A DNA stretch of 48,926 nucleotides, from contig NMRA01000260.1 in the NCBI GenBank assembly GCA_002633005.1, positions 1 through 48,926 of the forward strand, given 5' to 3'. The notes under the pieces are model-generated. The model made no database searches and had not been told where the DNA came from. It saw nothing but the letters and a program-made list of their open reading frames with translations. Both the position numbers and the translations under genes were made by a program. Positions 13,790-26,201 of this stretch are shown here, one piece after another (position 1 is the stretch's first letter; each line of letters begins with the position of its first letter). The stretch is from Phoronis australis. Taxonomy: Eukaryota > Animalia > Phoronida.

Positions 13790-14522
13790 AGTGTCGGAAT
13801 AAATATTGATTGAGTAATTAGTAAAAATAGATCCATTTTAAGTAACTCAAAATTTGTGCATATGTACTTTTAAATCTTGGGGTCAAACTTGTTACATGTA
13901 CTTTAACGTCAACATCTATTTTAAATAGTGTTTTTATTAACCAATCACTAAATAAGTATACTTTTATAACATGAGCTTAAGTCAACAAGATATTCAGATG
14001 AGTTAGATTAGTTTAAGCCCAAAGACTTGCTACAGTGTACAGAGGAAATTGTGCAACAGAGCCATCTCGTGGAAGATTCTAGAAAGGATCTTGGCAAGGG
14101 CAAGGGTTAACGAACAGGAATTTAACTAAGAGCTTGTCACTTGCATCGTGGGTAGTAAGACACTACCTGAAGTGTTCCGTCACCAGAGACAGTGACCAGC
14201 AAGTACACTGTCCCTATACAGTGTGTGTAGTTCGAAGATCCACCAACAGGACCGTCATCCAACAAGTGGAGAGTCTTAGCTTGGATAGCAGATAAGACAT
14301 TTGATTATTTTGGTTGACTGATTGAAGTAATCTTTAAAGAGGGAGGTAGCGTAGTTACTCTTCTTTGTATTTGATTACTTAATTAACAATAGGTTTCACT
14401 TGTCCAATTAGGGGTTATCATATAATAAATTAATTACTAGATTTGATTATTCACTCTCCATCTACGGACAATCTCAACGCATAGCTACATTTTAAACAAT
14501 CCCACAGTCAACTGTCTGACAC
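13790..14522 (+). repeat. Interspersed repeat family member; other copies ~34726-35627, ~42653-43555 and an inverted fragment ~47530-47710
   Basis: Shared blocks such as gacttgctacagtgtacagaggaaattg, gccatctcgtggaagattctag and tatcatataataaattaattact. Confidence 0.8.
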
Positions 14523-15353
14523 ACAGACACACACGCACACACCCGCACATACCTAAATAATAGAACTTCACGGTTGATCTAATCTTAATAAGTATTGAGG
14601 GTTTCCCAAAAAGCAGTTTTACGGGGTTGTATATTTCTTACTTTACCATAATTGTACGAGAAACATCGAAATTGTGAGAACTTGATTTGTACGAGAAAGA
14701 AAACCAATAGACACGGTTGTAGTTCTACTTCGCAATGCGAAATTGGTTCTAAGTAGCAACATAAAAATCATGGGTAAATCTTATTTCAGCCAATCTTGTA
14801 CCACAATGCTCTTAGTGTTTCTTTCTGTGCTCTTCGAGTATTCTCTACGATTTCTGTGTTACGTATCTTATCTACACCACGTCCACGATATGCCAACACT
14901 TAAATTCTCCATAAAGTCGGGTTGACCTATTTCACCTAAATGACATACATGCTCCACCCACAGTTAATCACGTGATTCTGAGCATTCGGACAGACTCGAC
15001 TGAGTAGCTAAAACTGTACGATTATTGCTAAAATGTATAAGTAAAACCTATTTCAAAAGTCTGAGACACGGTGTTCTCAAAATGACGTTATCAGCATGTT
15101 GACAAAAGACGAATATGATTGGGTGAATAATATTGTTAAAATCTCTGTTCAAGACAATTTTTGACTAAAGATCCTTGTCTCGTAAAAATAAAGACTTGTA
15201 AAGAAGAATGATAAATTAAATTCTTTTAGCAAATTTATTCACCAGTAAGAAAATGTGTACTTTATAGCAGATACAAATATTTGCACATAAATAAAACCAG
15301 GTAAACAAAGCACACAGTTACCTTAAAACGAGTATTAGCGATTCTCGTTCTAG

Positions 15354-15440
15354 GTGATCACTGGCATTCTGCTCCTCGTTCTGAGAATATTCCTACAGCT
15401 GAAGTCCAACACAAAAAAATTATATTGAATAGATGGGGCC
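15354..15440 (+). pseudogene. Pseudo-exon copy of GPCR exon 5818-5903
   Basis: Same acceptor (ttctcgttctag), VITGILLLVLRIFLQLKSNTKK, then a frameshift with TGA; donor gttggt changed to gccggt. Confidence 0.82.
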
Positions 15441-18400
15441 GGTAAACGTCAACAGTAACCCTTCCTTGAAAATGAAAATGCTTGAAGAGTCAAGTTGAAT
15501 TTTTTTGTTTGCAATTAAAGTAGCATATCGCCACCGTGACTGTTTAACTGTCAATACTGAAATCGTAAATGAATTTTTTGGGGTAAAACAACATTACTAC
15601 GCTAATATGATTGTAAATTTATGACCAATTAGTCGGCAACCGAAGTTATAATGCGTGCTTACTGTCGAAACATACGTATCGGGTAAAATAAACCAGGGGA
15701 GCTACAAACGCCGATGTCTTAGATCTGTTGGTAACTTAAATCGAGTCCGACCAAGATTATGATTATTATGGGACCAGATTTTGGCAGAGTGAAGGCATAT
15801 TCCGATTATCAGGGCGAAGTGCAGCTAGGAAAAAACCATCATGTTGAAGGTTTGCTGTTATCAATACTTTTTTAGCATTTATTTGTTACTGTCATCCATT
15901 TTTGTTCTTAAATATCGCTTTTTCAATTTTGTTGAACCCCTATTTTTATAGTTATTTCGCCGTACACTAATGTCATGGTTGTAATACCACGAAGTACATA
16001 CACGCAATGTGTATTCGTTACCATACCTCATGATCACATGTACAGATACATTCATGAATCTGCGTGTCACGTGTTAAACTGTTGTGAACAAAGTGCTCAA
16101 ACAAATTATTTATGCCCAACACAATAGAGCGTGGAGTCGATTACTGTGCGAACAGATTGTGGCAAAAAAGCGCAGTGGCCTTGGTATCTAGAATACAGCA
16201 GCTTTTGCGAAAAACATGTCTAACACTGTCTTGTCTTCCAGCAAATGGAGCTTAATACACGCAGATTTCAACATATCTGGTACTTGACCCTAGCTGTAGT
16301 GTACGCAGATATTCAAATGTTATTCATGGAGAAGCAGCCATCGAAGGCAGAAAAGTTCAATGTCCTTCGGATTGGCAGAGTAAATACGCTCAATAAAATT
16401 ATTGCTCCCTCCTTTTCTATCATGTGGATAAAGTTTGAGCCAGTAATCGAAATTTTTTAACAATTTTTTTACAAACAGGTATTTACCGTTAAAAAAGAAA
16501 ATGAAGAACGAAGATCAAGTACAAGTGGTAGCCATTTGGTATATCAGTGTTATCAGCGATCAATCTCAATTAGCCTCTTCAACATAACGCTAGGACCTAG
16601 CTAAATCTTGCCAAAATCACGCGCTCTTATTTAAAACAAACGGCAACATCTCACGTGATCTTGCAAAGTCTTGTTTTAGGGGCAGTTTGCCGGTGCTTCC
16701 GTCAGGTTTGGAAAACCTCCAACATTCGGGATTTGGAATTATAGGCCATAGTCCCAGCTCTCCTATCTTTCACCTCCGTGGCCACTTTCTGGGGGCAACG
16801 GGAACTTTACATTAAACCCATCTACAGATGTTCAAAAGTCAATTTCAAAAAAGTTCCCAAGAATACACTTGCACGTTTAGTTAGAATTTTAATTTAAATG
16901 CTGGAAAATATAACCTCAACTAATGTGTTAGCCACCAGGTGACAGTACAAAATGATCAGAGCAGCCAATCAAATGCCAGAAAAACATTGTGTCCATACAT
17001 TTCCCCTTCAAAAGTCGTCTGCTTGGCATAAAACATTAATCCGAGGACAGTCAGCTGATGTTATCCCGCTGGCTTAGCTAGCTTGTTTATTGCTACTGAC
17101 TTCATTGGGTAGTATCAATTCTTGGATCGGTGTGCAAGGTAATAGGCAATTACCAAATAAGGACCAAGGCTCAAAAACCAGCAGGCAGCAGATAGGAATT
17201 GAGGAAAGCCCAAATCAAGTGGCTGAAAATAGAGTGGACAGCATTCTTTAGCGAATCGCTTCGCGCATCTGTCACCGTGTTAAATTCACTCATTACAATC
17301 GGAAAAAAATCACTCAAAAATGTAATAAATGTGAATACAAATCATCACAAACTATGAAATAATATATTGTTTTACTTGTCTGGTAATCTTTTTTGTCGCA
17401 AAATTCGTTTAGTAATACTTTGCACGAGTTTTTTGCAGCGACGTGACCGATTGTTCAGAGCAAAATGGCTGCTGGTAAAAATGACTGCTATTTGGTTTTC
17501 AACCCAGGAGAGGACTAAACTCGCAAATTTTTACGTGAAACTTCGTGAAAGAACACAAGGGAGCCTTGCAAACACGATTATGTAAATAGTTTTCACTTTC
17601 CTGCACTTAAAAGTTGAAAAAGTCGTCTGTTCACGGGACCTTCAACTTCGATCTGAATTTATTGGTATATAGCATAATTTGCGAATGTAATGAACTGTAT
17701 ACCGCACTAAAGGCTTCATTGATGAACTACTTCAAACACTTGTTCTAAACGAACACTTCGTCAATTTCTGACAATCGGGCGAATTTCTGACTCACTTCGT
17801 AGTTCCGGGTACTGCCGCTAGGGGTGGTCCTGTGAATCGCGTTGAATGTTTGGTTTACAATACTGAAGCACTTCAACTTTCCTGATGAAAACTCAATGTA
17901 AAAGAGAACTAAACAGTTAATTCTGGTAGTGAAAACACTGATTCTTATATTTATTTTTTTCTGTTTTGCTTCACATTTTTGTTGGTCAAGCCACTGATAG
18001 ACTTGGGTTGGCTTGTTGTCAGATAGTTCCACACCCATCTTGCCTTATTGGTCATGACATTTTATTCAGAATATGTCAAGGTAGAAAATGAAAATATTCT
18101 AATTTTGGTTACACAAATATTACAAATGTGCAGTTCTACTGCAGTCCTGTGTTTCCAAGACTTTGTGGTCCACTACCATGAAACATATACATGCTTTCGA
18201 TAAACTTTTTTCTGACCACGGGCCAGTATTAATAGTTTTTAACAGAACAATTGAGGTTTGCCTAGATTGTTCATAAATCTCACCCTGATCTATATCGTCC
18301 AGGTATGCTTTGTTAGAAGTCGCTGTGGACCAAACCAGTTGTTATTTTCTTCATTATTTTTGTTCTTATAATTTCACTCCTATTTATGAGTTTCTATCAA

Positions 18401-18849
18401 TATTCTGTCTCACATTTCTTTCTCACCAGACTTTGCTTCTAGCTCTTCGTCCAGATCCTTCTACTTTCCTGCTTCTACTGATTCTACTTGCATTTTATCA
18501 GTTATTCAGTTGGATATGATCTCATGGACACACGGTCAAAGCCTCCTTCAATTTGACTCTCCCCTCCACCTATCAGGCGGTGCTTTTCAGCTCCTGATGC
18601 TGTTGAGGAGTCCGCGAAGAAGTACCGTATGCCAACACCACCTCTTAAGACACTGTCAGACAAATACTGACATGGCATTTCTAGCTATTTCTTTTTTCTT
18701 TTCACAACCTTGTAGTTTAATAGTATTATGTCACCTTTGTTAAAATGTTGTGCATAATTTCCAAGTAGGGTAACATTTTCGCATAACACTGTTCAAATAA
18801 TTCTTATATGCTAGCAACAAATCATTTATGAATTATAATATTCTTTCAG

Positions 18850-18960
18850 GTCCGCGGATATCCGTCTTCGTTTACTATCCATTACGACAGAGATGAGGCT
18901 ATCTACTCCTTTCGGCTGATCGATGACTTTGGTCAAAGGGACATCGAAGTGCTGGAATAA
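18850..18960 (+). CDS. Orphan terminal exon, Spin/Ssty (Spindlin-type Tudor)-like motif: VRGYPSSFTIHYDRDEAIYSFRLIDDFGQRDIEVLE*
   Basis: ttctttcag acceptor, 36 open codons then TAA; pattern resembles spindlin [27 protein letters not shown] (recalled, not searched). Confidence 0.5.
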   Translation, partial: VRGYPSSFTIHYDRDEAIYSFRLIDDFGQRDIEVLE

Positions 18961-20153
18961 CTCAATGTTGCATATAGATACTCCAATGACTTAGGATAGT
19001 CATAAAGGGTTTGCCCCCCCCCTTCCTTAAGGCCACCACAAGTCTGTGAACTTTATTTATCTGTCCAGTATAGATTCTTTTTTGTGTTCATATCGCTTGA
19101 GACAATTTTAGGATTATGCATATTGCAGTTGTTAGTTTTATAGCATGAACATTCCTGGATAGCTCATGACAGGGTCTTCATTTTATTACATAGTTGTGGA
19201 AAGTTTATGTAAAAGCTTTATTTCTTATATGTCTTTCAGAAGCTTGTATTGAAATGTTCTATTTATCATACTTGTCATCAATACATTTTTGAAATGATGT
19301 TTGTTTATTTTTAATTTTTATTTAATGTAATTGATTTTGACAAAGTTAAGCCGGTTGCAAACTGCATGATTGTTAAAAACAATATCACAAAATAACATCA
19401 ATAATTTGCTCAACCAATTATCAAGTTTCAACTTTCCTGATGAAAAATTTTTAAAATGATACCGTATTTGTTTTTTTCCTGGAGTAATTGTTATTTTATG
19501 AAAATTCGAAATCGCAAAATTGTACGTAGTGACTTCTCTTTGTCGGCTGTGTTAATTTTAAGGTCATTATCTTCGCACAGGAACGTGTAATCGAAATGGT
19601 TTTTAAGCAAATTATTTGTCATTAAAAGTTCTTTAAAACGATGTATTACATGTCTACCTACGTTTCTTAGCAATGAAATCATAATGTTTTAAACTCGCAA
19701 ATTCGATTTGACAGAATATTTACCAGAAATTTTGAAACAGAACTGTAAGCCCAACTTAAAAAAAATTCTATCGTTATTTTAGTCTCGCCGAAAAGAGTTT
19801 TCTAATGATGCAAATTACATGCAAATTTTCTATAAGTTTTGGAAAATGCTGTTCTCCCAACTGAAACAATTCTTGGCACATTCCTGAATCATTTTGTGTT
19901 TCGCAAAAATAGTTTTGGGACAGCTAGGGCTCTGCTGAAACCATAAATTATTGAACGAGTGTGTGACTTCACAATAGACTTGCAAGATGTCTGCCTCTTG
20001 TTGTATTCATGTGTCAGCTTCTGCTCAAATTTCTGAGCTGGAATTTTCAGATATTACCTGGTCTAAGGCTACTGTGAACAAATGTATCAATATTGAGTGC
20101 AAGAGAAGTATCATAACTATTAATTTTTTTTTGTGAAAAAACAGAGCTTTTGT

Positions 20154-20410
20154 CATGCGCGCACCCAGGGGTGGGGGGTTTGGAGGCTTGAATGTGCCTC
20201 CCCCATTTGGTAAAGTGGGGTAAAAAGGTCCACCTCAGAGACACAAAACTCCGAAAAAGTAGAAAACGAGACAAAAGTTCACTGAAAAGGCAGGGACTAC
20301 CAAAATTCGGCGAACGCACAATTCGTAGCTCTGAAGTACCCCGTGAATCTTATTAAATGTCCACATTCTCAAAAACTCGAGCCCCCATTTTTAGGCTTGG
20401 AGCGCGCATG
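20154..20410. mobile_element. MITE-like element with CATGCGCGC TIRs
   Basis: CATGCGCGCACCCAG ... CTTGGAGCGCGCATG; related copy at 25374-25496; TSD imperfect. Confidence 0.6.
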
Positions 20411-21541
20411 CTTCTATCACAAGCAGTGTTACAGACACTTAACGGATGTAACCCAAATTCCAAAAGCTCTTAAAAAAGAAAAAGAGACCAAGCTGATGTT
20501 GGAAATAATGTTGAGCCCACGAAAAAATTAAGGGGATTGTCACTGTCAGTTACATGTACATTTAACAGTGCTCAAAGAAATATACTGTATATGTCTTACC
20601 ACCGTAATGAATCATTTGCCACAAATCAAATTCCATCACAGGGGAACTGCTCAAACAAAAGAAAAGTTGAAAACCTATCGCAGTTCCAAACATTCAATTG
20701 TAAACAGGCCTACCTATTCTTAATTTGAAAAGGTGTCATTTATGGTAAATAATCTTTAGTTTAGGTCATCGTACAAAAATTATTTTGCTTGATAAATTTG
20801 TAGTAATAGTCGTCTCAATCTCAAATGTACTGGTAGTAATTTTTACCTACATGTGAGTGATCACCACTGTTTTTTATAAATTTCTAAGCCTATTTTGAGA
20901 CTTTTTTATGTAAAATCATGAGCAGTGCTTAGAATTTGAGAAACATAAAAATGGAAATATTGCCTGTGTTCTGTAATTTATTGATCTTGAAAATTAAAAT
21001 ATTGCACAGATTTCAGTATTTTACGTTTTGAAGATTGTTGAATTGGAGTTTTTAGCGAACGAAAATGTTACTCCTCCAACTATGTGCTATCAAAAACAGG
21101 AAGTCAAATGAAATTTTAGCTCTACGGTAAATAAGAAGCCTTTGAATTTCAAACAAAAAACTATTGCCAACGTGACCATTTCTTTTCAAAGGCTGAACTA
21201 CTGTATTACGGGTGATAAAATTTTTTCTATGTTTTAAATTGTTTGAAGGCAGCTGCACAGTGCAATCAATGCTAGTAATGATGCTCATTTCTCTTAATAC
21301 TTATTTTCGTTGAGCACTTAGACAAAATGAAATTTCAGTTGTTGGCCATACTGTGTGCTTAAGGGAAGAGCATTTTAGTTATCTAGTTCAGTTAAATACA
21401 GTAGGATTACTGTAAGATGAAACGGTATTCAGGTTGTCAAAACTATTTTTTTATTTTGGGCGGGATGCAGGCATGCAGATTTTTTTAACTTTGTCTTTGC
21501 CATTAAAGTTGGGCTCAAAATTTTTGTTTCCTGGTTAACTC

Positions 21542-21933
21542 ATGGAAGACACTGAACCATTTGTATGCAAGCTGTACGGCGAGTCATCAACAGTTAACAA
21601 ACCACGCTACCACATATTCAGGTTGAAATCTGTGATCTGCCTCCTCCTCATGATTGTTTGCTGCTATATGCTAAAAGAGCAAACTACCAGTGTGCCATTC
21701 ACAAAAGAGCCTTGCAAAGTATGTCAGTGCACTCCAGTTAGTAATGGGTGGCTTTTGGAGCAGGTTAGTTTGAAGCTCCACTGGATGACTCTGCCTTTAG
21801 CCCCAGAAAATGTCAGGCATGCCATGGTCTAAGCTGTCTGACTGTCTAGACTTTGTGAACATGGTGTCTCAGTCAAAACACAACTTTTGATGACAATAAT
21901 GATGATATAAATGATGATGGAGTGGATGAATAA
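21542..21933 (+). pseudogene. Frameshifted C-terminal remnant of a transposon protein (Academ XPG/Cys-rich end type)
   Basis: Frames stitch to FVCKLYG..VNKPRYHIF / LPPPHDCLLLYAKRANYQCAIHKRAL / PVSNGW...LHWMTLPLAPE, followed by an acidic DDNNDDINDDGVDE* tail. Confidence 0.72.
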
Positions 21934-24307
21934 TCATAATAAGTGCATGCTATGTTGTTAAAGAACTTTAAATTTTCAACCTAACGGAAAATATTGACAA
22001 CATTTAATCATGCTGGTAATTGTGGGGACTCTTGGGTGTATCGTTCCCTGTGACAGTTGACAACTATTAAACAGCAATGTGGATAATGATAATTAATTGT
22101 GATTATTAATGAAAGTGATGACAGTGTTAGAAATACATATTGTTCATACATGTATGTAGGTTGTGATATCAAATTTTCATCAAGTTACATCAAAATGTTT
22201 AACAGTATTTGTTTTTTTGGCAGATCAGAATATAGTAGTATGTTTTCTGGCCAGCAGGAGGCGCTGCCAATATATTTATTTTTTCTCGTTTTTGAGCAAT
22301 TATCCACCTAATATCATAATGTATATCACTTTTCTTTTTCAGTAACTTCAAATGAACATATTACAATCAAATTATCATTCAGATTTTGTCTAGTGTTGTT
22401 GGTTTTGGAAGATTGGTTTTATGTGCAAAATTATGCAAAAAGTCAGACATTTGAGGTCAAATTTCTAGAAAACGAGCAAGCCAAACCTTGGGAACTTTTT
22501 AGATTCTTAAAGTATAGTACATGATGACCTTAAAAACATCAAAATTAGCTTGCCCCCAAAAAGAGGCCACGGAAATAATTTTCTAGGCTTTGAATAAAGT
22601 CGAATGGACTATGGCCTATTGCCTAGAGTTGTATATACACAAAACGTAGGCCTACTGAGTTGCAGATGATATAATGCTTAGCAGTTGAAAACTGAGGCAG
22701 AAGTGTCATACAATTAACAGATTTGTTCCAGATGATACGTTTAGGACCTGAATGCATGTTGACTGTTACTTATGCTGCAGCAATTACTGCATTACATTTT
22801 GAACTATTGTTTGTGAAAGTGTAATGACCGAACCGGCTAACGACGCCGAGTCGACATTGACTTACCTTTTGAACTTCCCATGTCAGAGGTCACTGTTGAA
22901 GTAGTGCGAGAGGTGAATACGGAAAACACTATCAACGCGTACATGTATGGGATAAAACGAAGAATGGCCGCATCTGAGTCACGTCTTTCCGACATGTTTG
23001 GATTTTCAGTTGTGGATAACACCCACTATAGCATATCACACACAATAACATAAAAGTGTCAACAAGAAGACATGAATGCGATTCTAGATGATATCTTGAA
23101 AACTTTTAACCGTTAAATGAAAGTGCCCATGTTCTTGTGTACCACTTCAATTAGGCAAAGATTGACCTAAATAAATACCGTAAACACCAGGCCTGATGCG
23201 AGAAACTCAAACTGCAATGATTGAATTTTAACCCAAACTGCAAAAATGTGGTAATCGCCTACAATTTATGACCATAATATTCCACGGCAGGACTGATTCC
23301 ACGCCGAGACTCGCGTAACAAACGCTGAAGCAAATTGTTAAAGCAACACATTCTAAACTTTTGAACAGTTGACTCAGTGGGCAACTAGAAGGAAGATAAA
23401 GCCAACAGACTCCAGCGTGCACGGATTTCGGTTCACTTTTTGCAAAAACATGGACAAAAAGTGGAGCTATCTGTGGCACTACGCTCGATACTGAAGTAAA
23501 AGTTGATATATTGGCCACTTATCTCTAATATATTTTAACGGGAAGAGTAAGCGAGGAACACGCACAGCCCGGTCGTCGTGGTTTCGCAGCATTTGAATGG
23601 ATGCGACCCGCACGTGCATTCGCTTCACTCGAATTTCGGAAAAGAACTCAGCCTTTAAACCGTTTATTCGATTTCTCTCGCCGCCAAATATTGTGCACAC
23701 AACCTAGTAGAAGTTCGTGATAAACACAGGCGGCGGACGAATACCCCGAATGGTACTTGGCTTTGAAAAAAAGAGCGTTCTCCGGATCGAGATCGACGGA
23801 CTGAAGCCAAGAGTCGGTAAGACAAAGAAAAAATATACACACCGACCACTTTTGAGTTGTTTTTGTCCAATAATATCCATATCAACACCTGGGCCTCGTT
23901 TTAGCGTATTCATATATAATGATTCAAAAGATTTCCACCCTGTATATACAAAATGTATCCCTCAAATTTCCTATGGATCGTTTATTCTTGCAATTATCCA
24001 GAATTATGCATCTTTCATTATAAAATAGGTCCTTTGTTGCCGTTTGATACAATTACATTCTTCATCAAAAATTCAGAATGCAGTAATACTATCGAAAAAC
24101 GCGATAAGCAACTGCTAGTCTCTATCCCAAATTTGCAGATAAAGGTTTTATAATTATTATAAATGAAAAATGGGCAAACACCTCTCACGTAGCTTTGAAA
24201 TGTACAACACAGTGGTCATCACATCGGTTGCAGTGAAGGACTTTCCATAAAAGTTTAGAAATAAACTCATTTCTACAGAAGGTAAAAGATAGTGATCCCA
24301 ATACATG

Positions 24308-24475
24308 TAGTTCATACCGTAAACAAGATATATTGGAATAGTTCATACTACCGTAAACAAGATATATTGGAATAGTTCATACTACCGTAAACAAGATATA
24401 TTGGAATAGTTCATACTACCGTAAACAAGATATATTGGAATAGTTCATACTACCGTATACAAGATATATTGGAAC
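24308..24475. repeat. 34-bp minisatellite, ~5 copies (tagttcatactaccgtaaacaagatatattggaa)
   Basis: Direct periodicity. Confidence 0.95.
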
Positions 24476-24854
24476 AAATTTTTACAATTATTATGTTACT
24501 AAAAAGTGTAATCTCGGTAATACCAATATTCATAAAGAGATAGTCTTATTTTGATCACTTGTTGATTAGTTGTCACGGTCAACATTCAAGAACAATTAAA
24601 CGGTACAACTGGATTGAAAAGCGGGACTACAGGATAAAGAGCGCGACATGTGAGTGGCTAAGACAAACCGTAACGGCGAAATGTTTGCTGCAACACACAA
24701 AGGCGTACCGACAGCGTTTTTTGGAAATGTAACACCCAAAATGCCCGACAGATTTTTTGTTTTTTTATAGTTCAATGGAAAATTGCAGGATCCTCAAAAA
24801 TCTATGAAACGTCACGCTCGTATGGCTTAGTCCCCAGTTTACACGCAAGATATA

Positions 24855-25325
24855 TTACTCTTATTGGACCCATTTTTAACATGGTGTGGTCATGTGGCAA
24901 CCTCATTTACAAACAGATATACATGTAGATAGCTTGGAAAGAATTCAATGCAAGGCCGTCGTACGCTGTAGTGGTGATCGTTAGACAACCCGGCATTGTC
25001 TCATCCGTGTTCAGTAATACCGGCCTTCCCACACTCGCTGACAGGAGGAAGGAACTTAGACTTTCGTTTTTTGAAAAGATTATAACAGTTAATTCCCAAG
25101 CACGACCTCCAGAACATCAGAAATACCCGCAGACCATCTCCTAAAAATATACAGATTATGCATCATCCTCTACACTGATTAACATTCAAAGGACAGCAGA
25201 TGCTTCCAACCTATTGTGTGCAAACTAGATTCCTACAGATATGCTTTATTCCCACGTAAAATACTGGACTGGAATCAACTGCCCGAGGAATTGGTGATAG
25301 CTCGAGTAGCAGATCACCCCTAAAA
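24855..25325 (+). mobile_element. 5'-truncated, decayed non-LTR retrotransposon (CR1-like ORF2 C-terminus)
   Basis: Stitched translation TLIGPI..VVMWQPHLQTDI..LERIQCKA..GLPTLADRRKELRLSFFEKI...ALFPRKILDWNQLPEELV matches the typical post-RT motifs. Confidence 0.8.
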
Positions 25326-25373
25326 TTCTACCAGATACCATTTGACAGATCGGGTGCGAACTGCTGACTAGCA

Positions 25374-25496
25374 CATGCGCGCAACCNTGCATAGGCCCTG
25401 AACAAACCCCGTTTAGGGTTTCTTTATTCAAAAGGTCCGCAAACCCAAAACGTCGAGTCCCCTGCATCCCTGCATTTTAGGCTGGGCGCGCGCATC
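25374..25496. mobile_element. Shorter MITE-like relative of 20154-20410
   Basis: CATGCGCGCAACC ... CATTTTAGGCTGGGCGCGCGCAT, sharing the 3' TTTTAGGCT block. Confidence 0.5.
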
Positions 25497-26058
25497 TGAT
25501 TATTCCTGTGCCCTAGCCCCCCTAACTCAAAATCCTGAGCTCATCCAGTCGAAGACTTTCTGTCAAGCCTGAAATCGTTGCTGTCCTGATTATTGTACTG
25601 CATCCCCGCTGCCACCCTGCCAGAATTTGTTTATGCTACGCAATTGACAGATTCATATTCAGAAAGAACTAAACCTTTTTAGGTGGTTTGCATGGGAAAC
25701 ATGGAGATTTGTCTCTCACACATTAACAGGCTAATTTATTAAAACTTTTAACAACTTTTTGGAGAGCAGGCTCTTAAAGTGTTATGTTTCTAACACGTTG
25801 AATTGGTTTTTTCCTAGCTCCACAAAAAGTAACCTGAGCGACATGTGCAGTATAGGCCATCGGCGAAACTGAAGCTAATTTGAAGTATTTGTGATAATAG
25901 CTGTGTAGTTGGAGCTCAGCGCACGACAAACTTATCAACTGATGATGCAAATTCTGATTTATTTCGAACATGTAACAGTCCATGCACACAGAATACGTCA
26001 CTACTGATTTAAAGCCGGATACGAAGAGCAAGATTAGGAATATGTCCAGGTCATAGGA

Positions 26059-26201
26059 TCACCAGTCTGCCAAAAACACTTCCTCGACCACGAGGCGGCA
26101 GCTTGAATTCCAGCAGGTGTAGGCGTTATTTTGGGGTCCGCACGTTTCAACATACATCTTTATGTTGTATGTACCGGCATCCAGTTTGCAGAGACCTTCC
26201 A
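26059..26201 (-). CDS. CTHRC1-C repeat 3, terminal exon (LEGLCKLDAGTYNIKMYVETCGPQNNAYTCWNSSCRLVVEEVFLADW*)
   Basis: aatttcag acceptor, TGA at 26061-26059; candidate minus-strand AATAAA at 25958-25963 and 25735-25740. Confidence 0.88.

Larger units (their letters stand above)
13538..15810 (+). repeat. Diverged local duplicate of GPCR intron/exon segment ~4668-8030
   Basis: Colinear matches 4668-4800/13538-13668, 4845-5130/14757-15030, 5505-6247/15045-15739 and 7956-8028/15736-15808. Confidence 0.85.
16742..22618 (+). mobile_element. Decayed Academ-like DNA transposon (~5.9 kb)
   Basis: TIRs TAGGCCATAGTCC / GGACTATGGCCTA plus an inner inverted block TCCGTGGCC..TTT.TGGGGGCAA; near-match 3-bp flanks (tta/ttg); internal frameshifted remnant FVCKLY...LPP...RANYQ...GW...W...APE. 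Confidence 0.7.

Noticed and set aside
18100-18720. Minus-strand fragments hinting at a PHD-like motif (QCLKRWCWH) and an acidic stretch inside the transposon
   Set aside because: Interrupted by stops and too weak to assign by eye.
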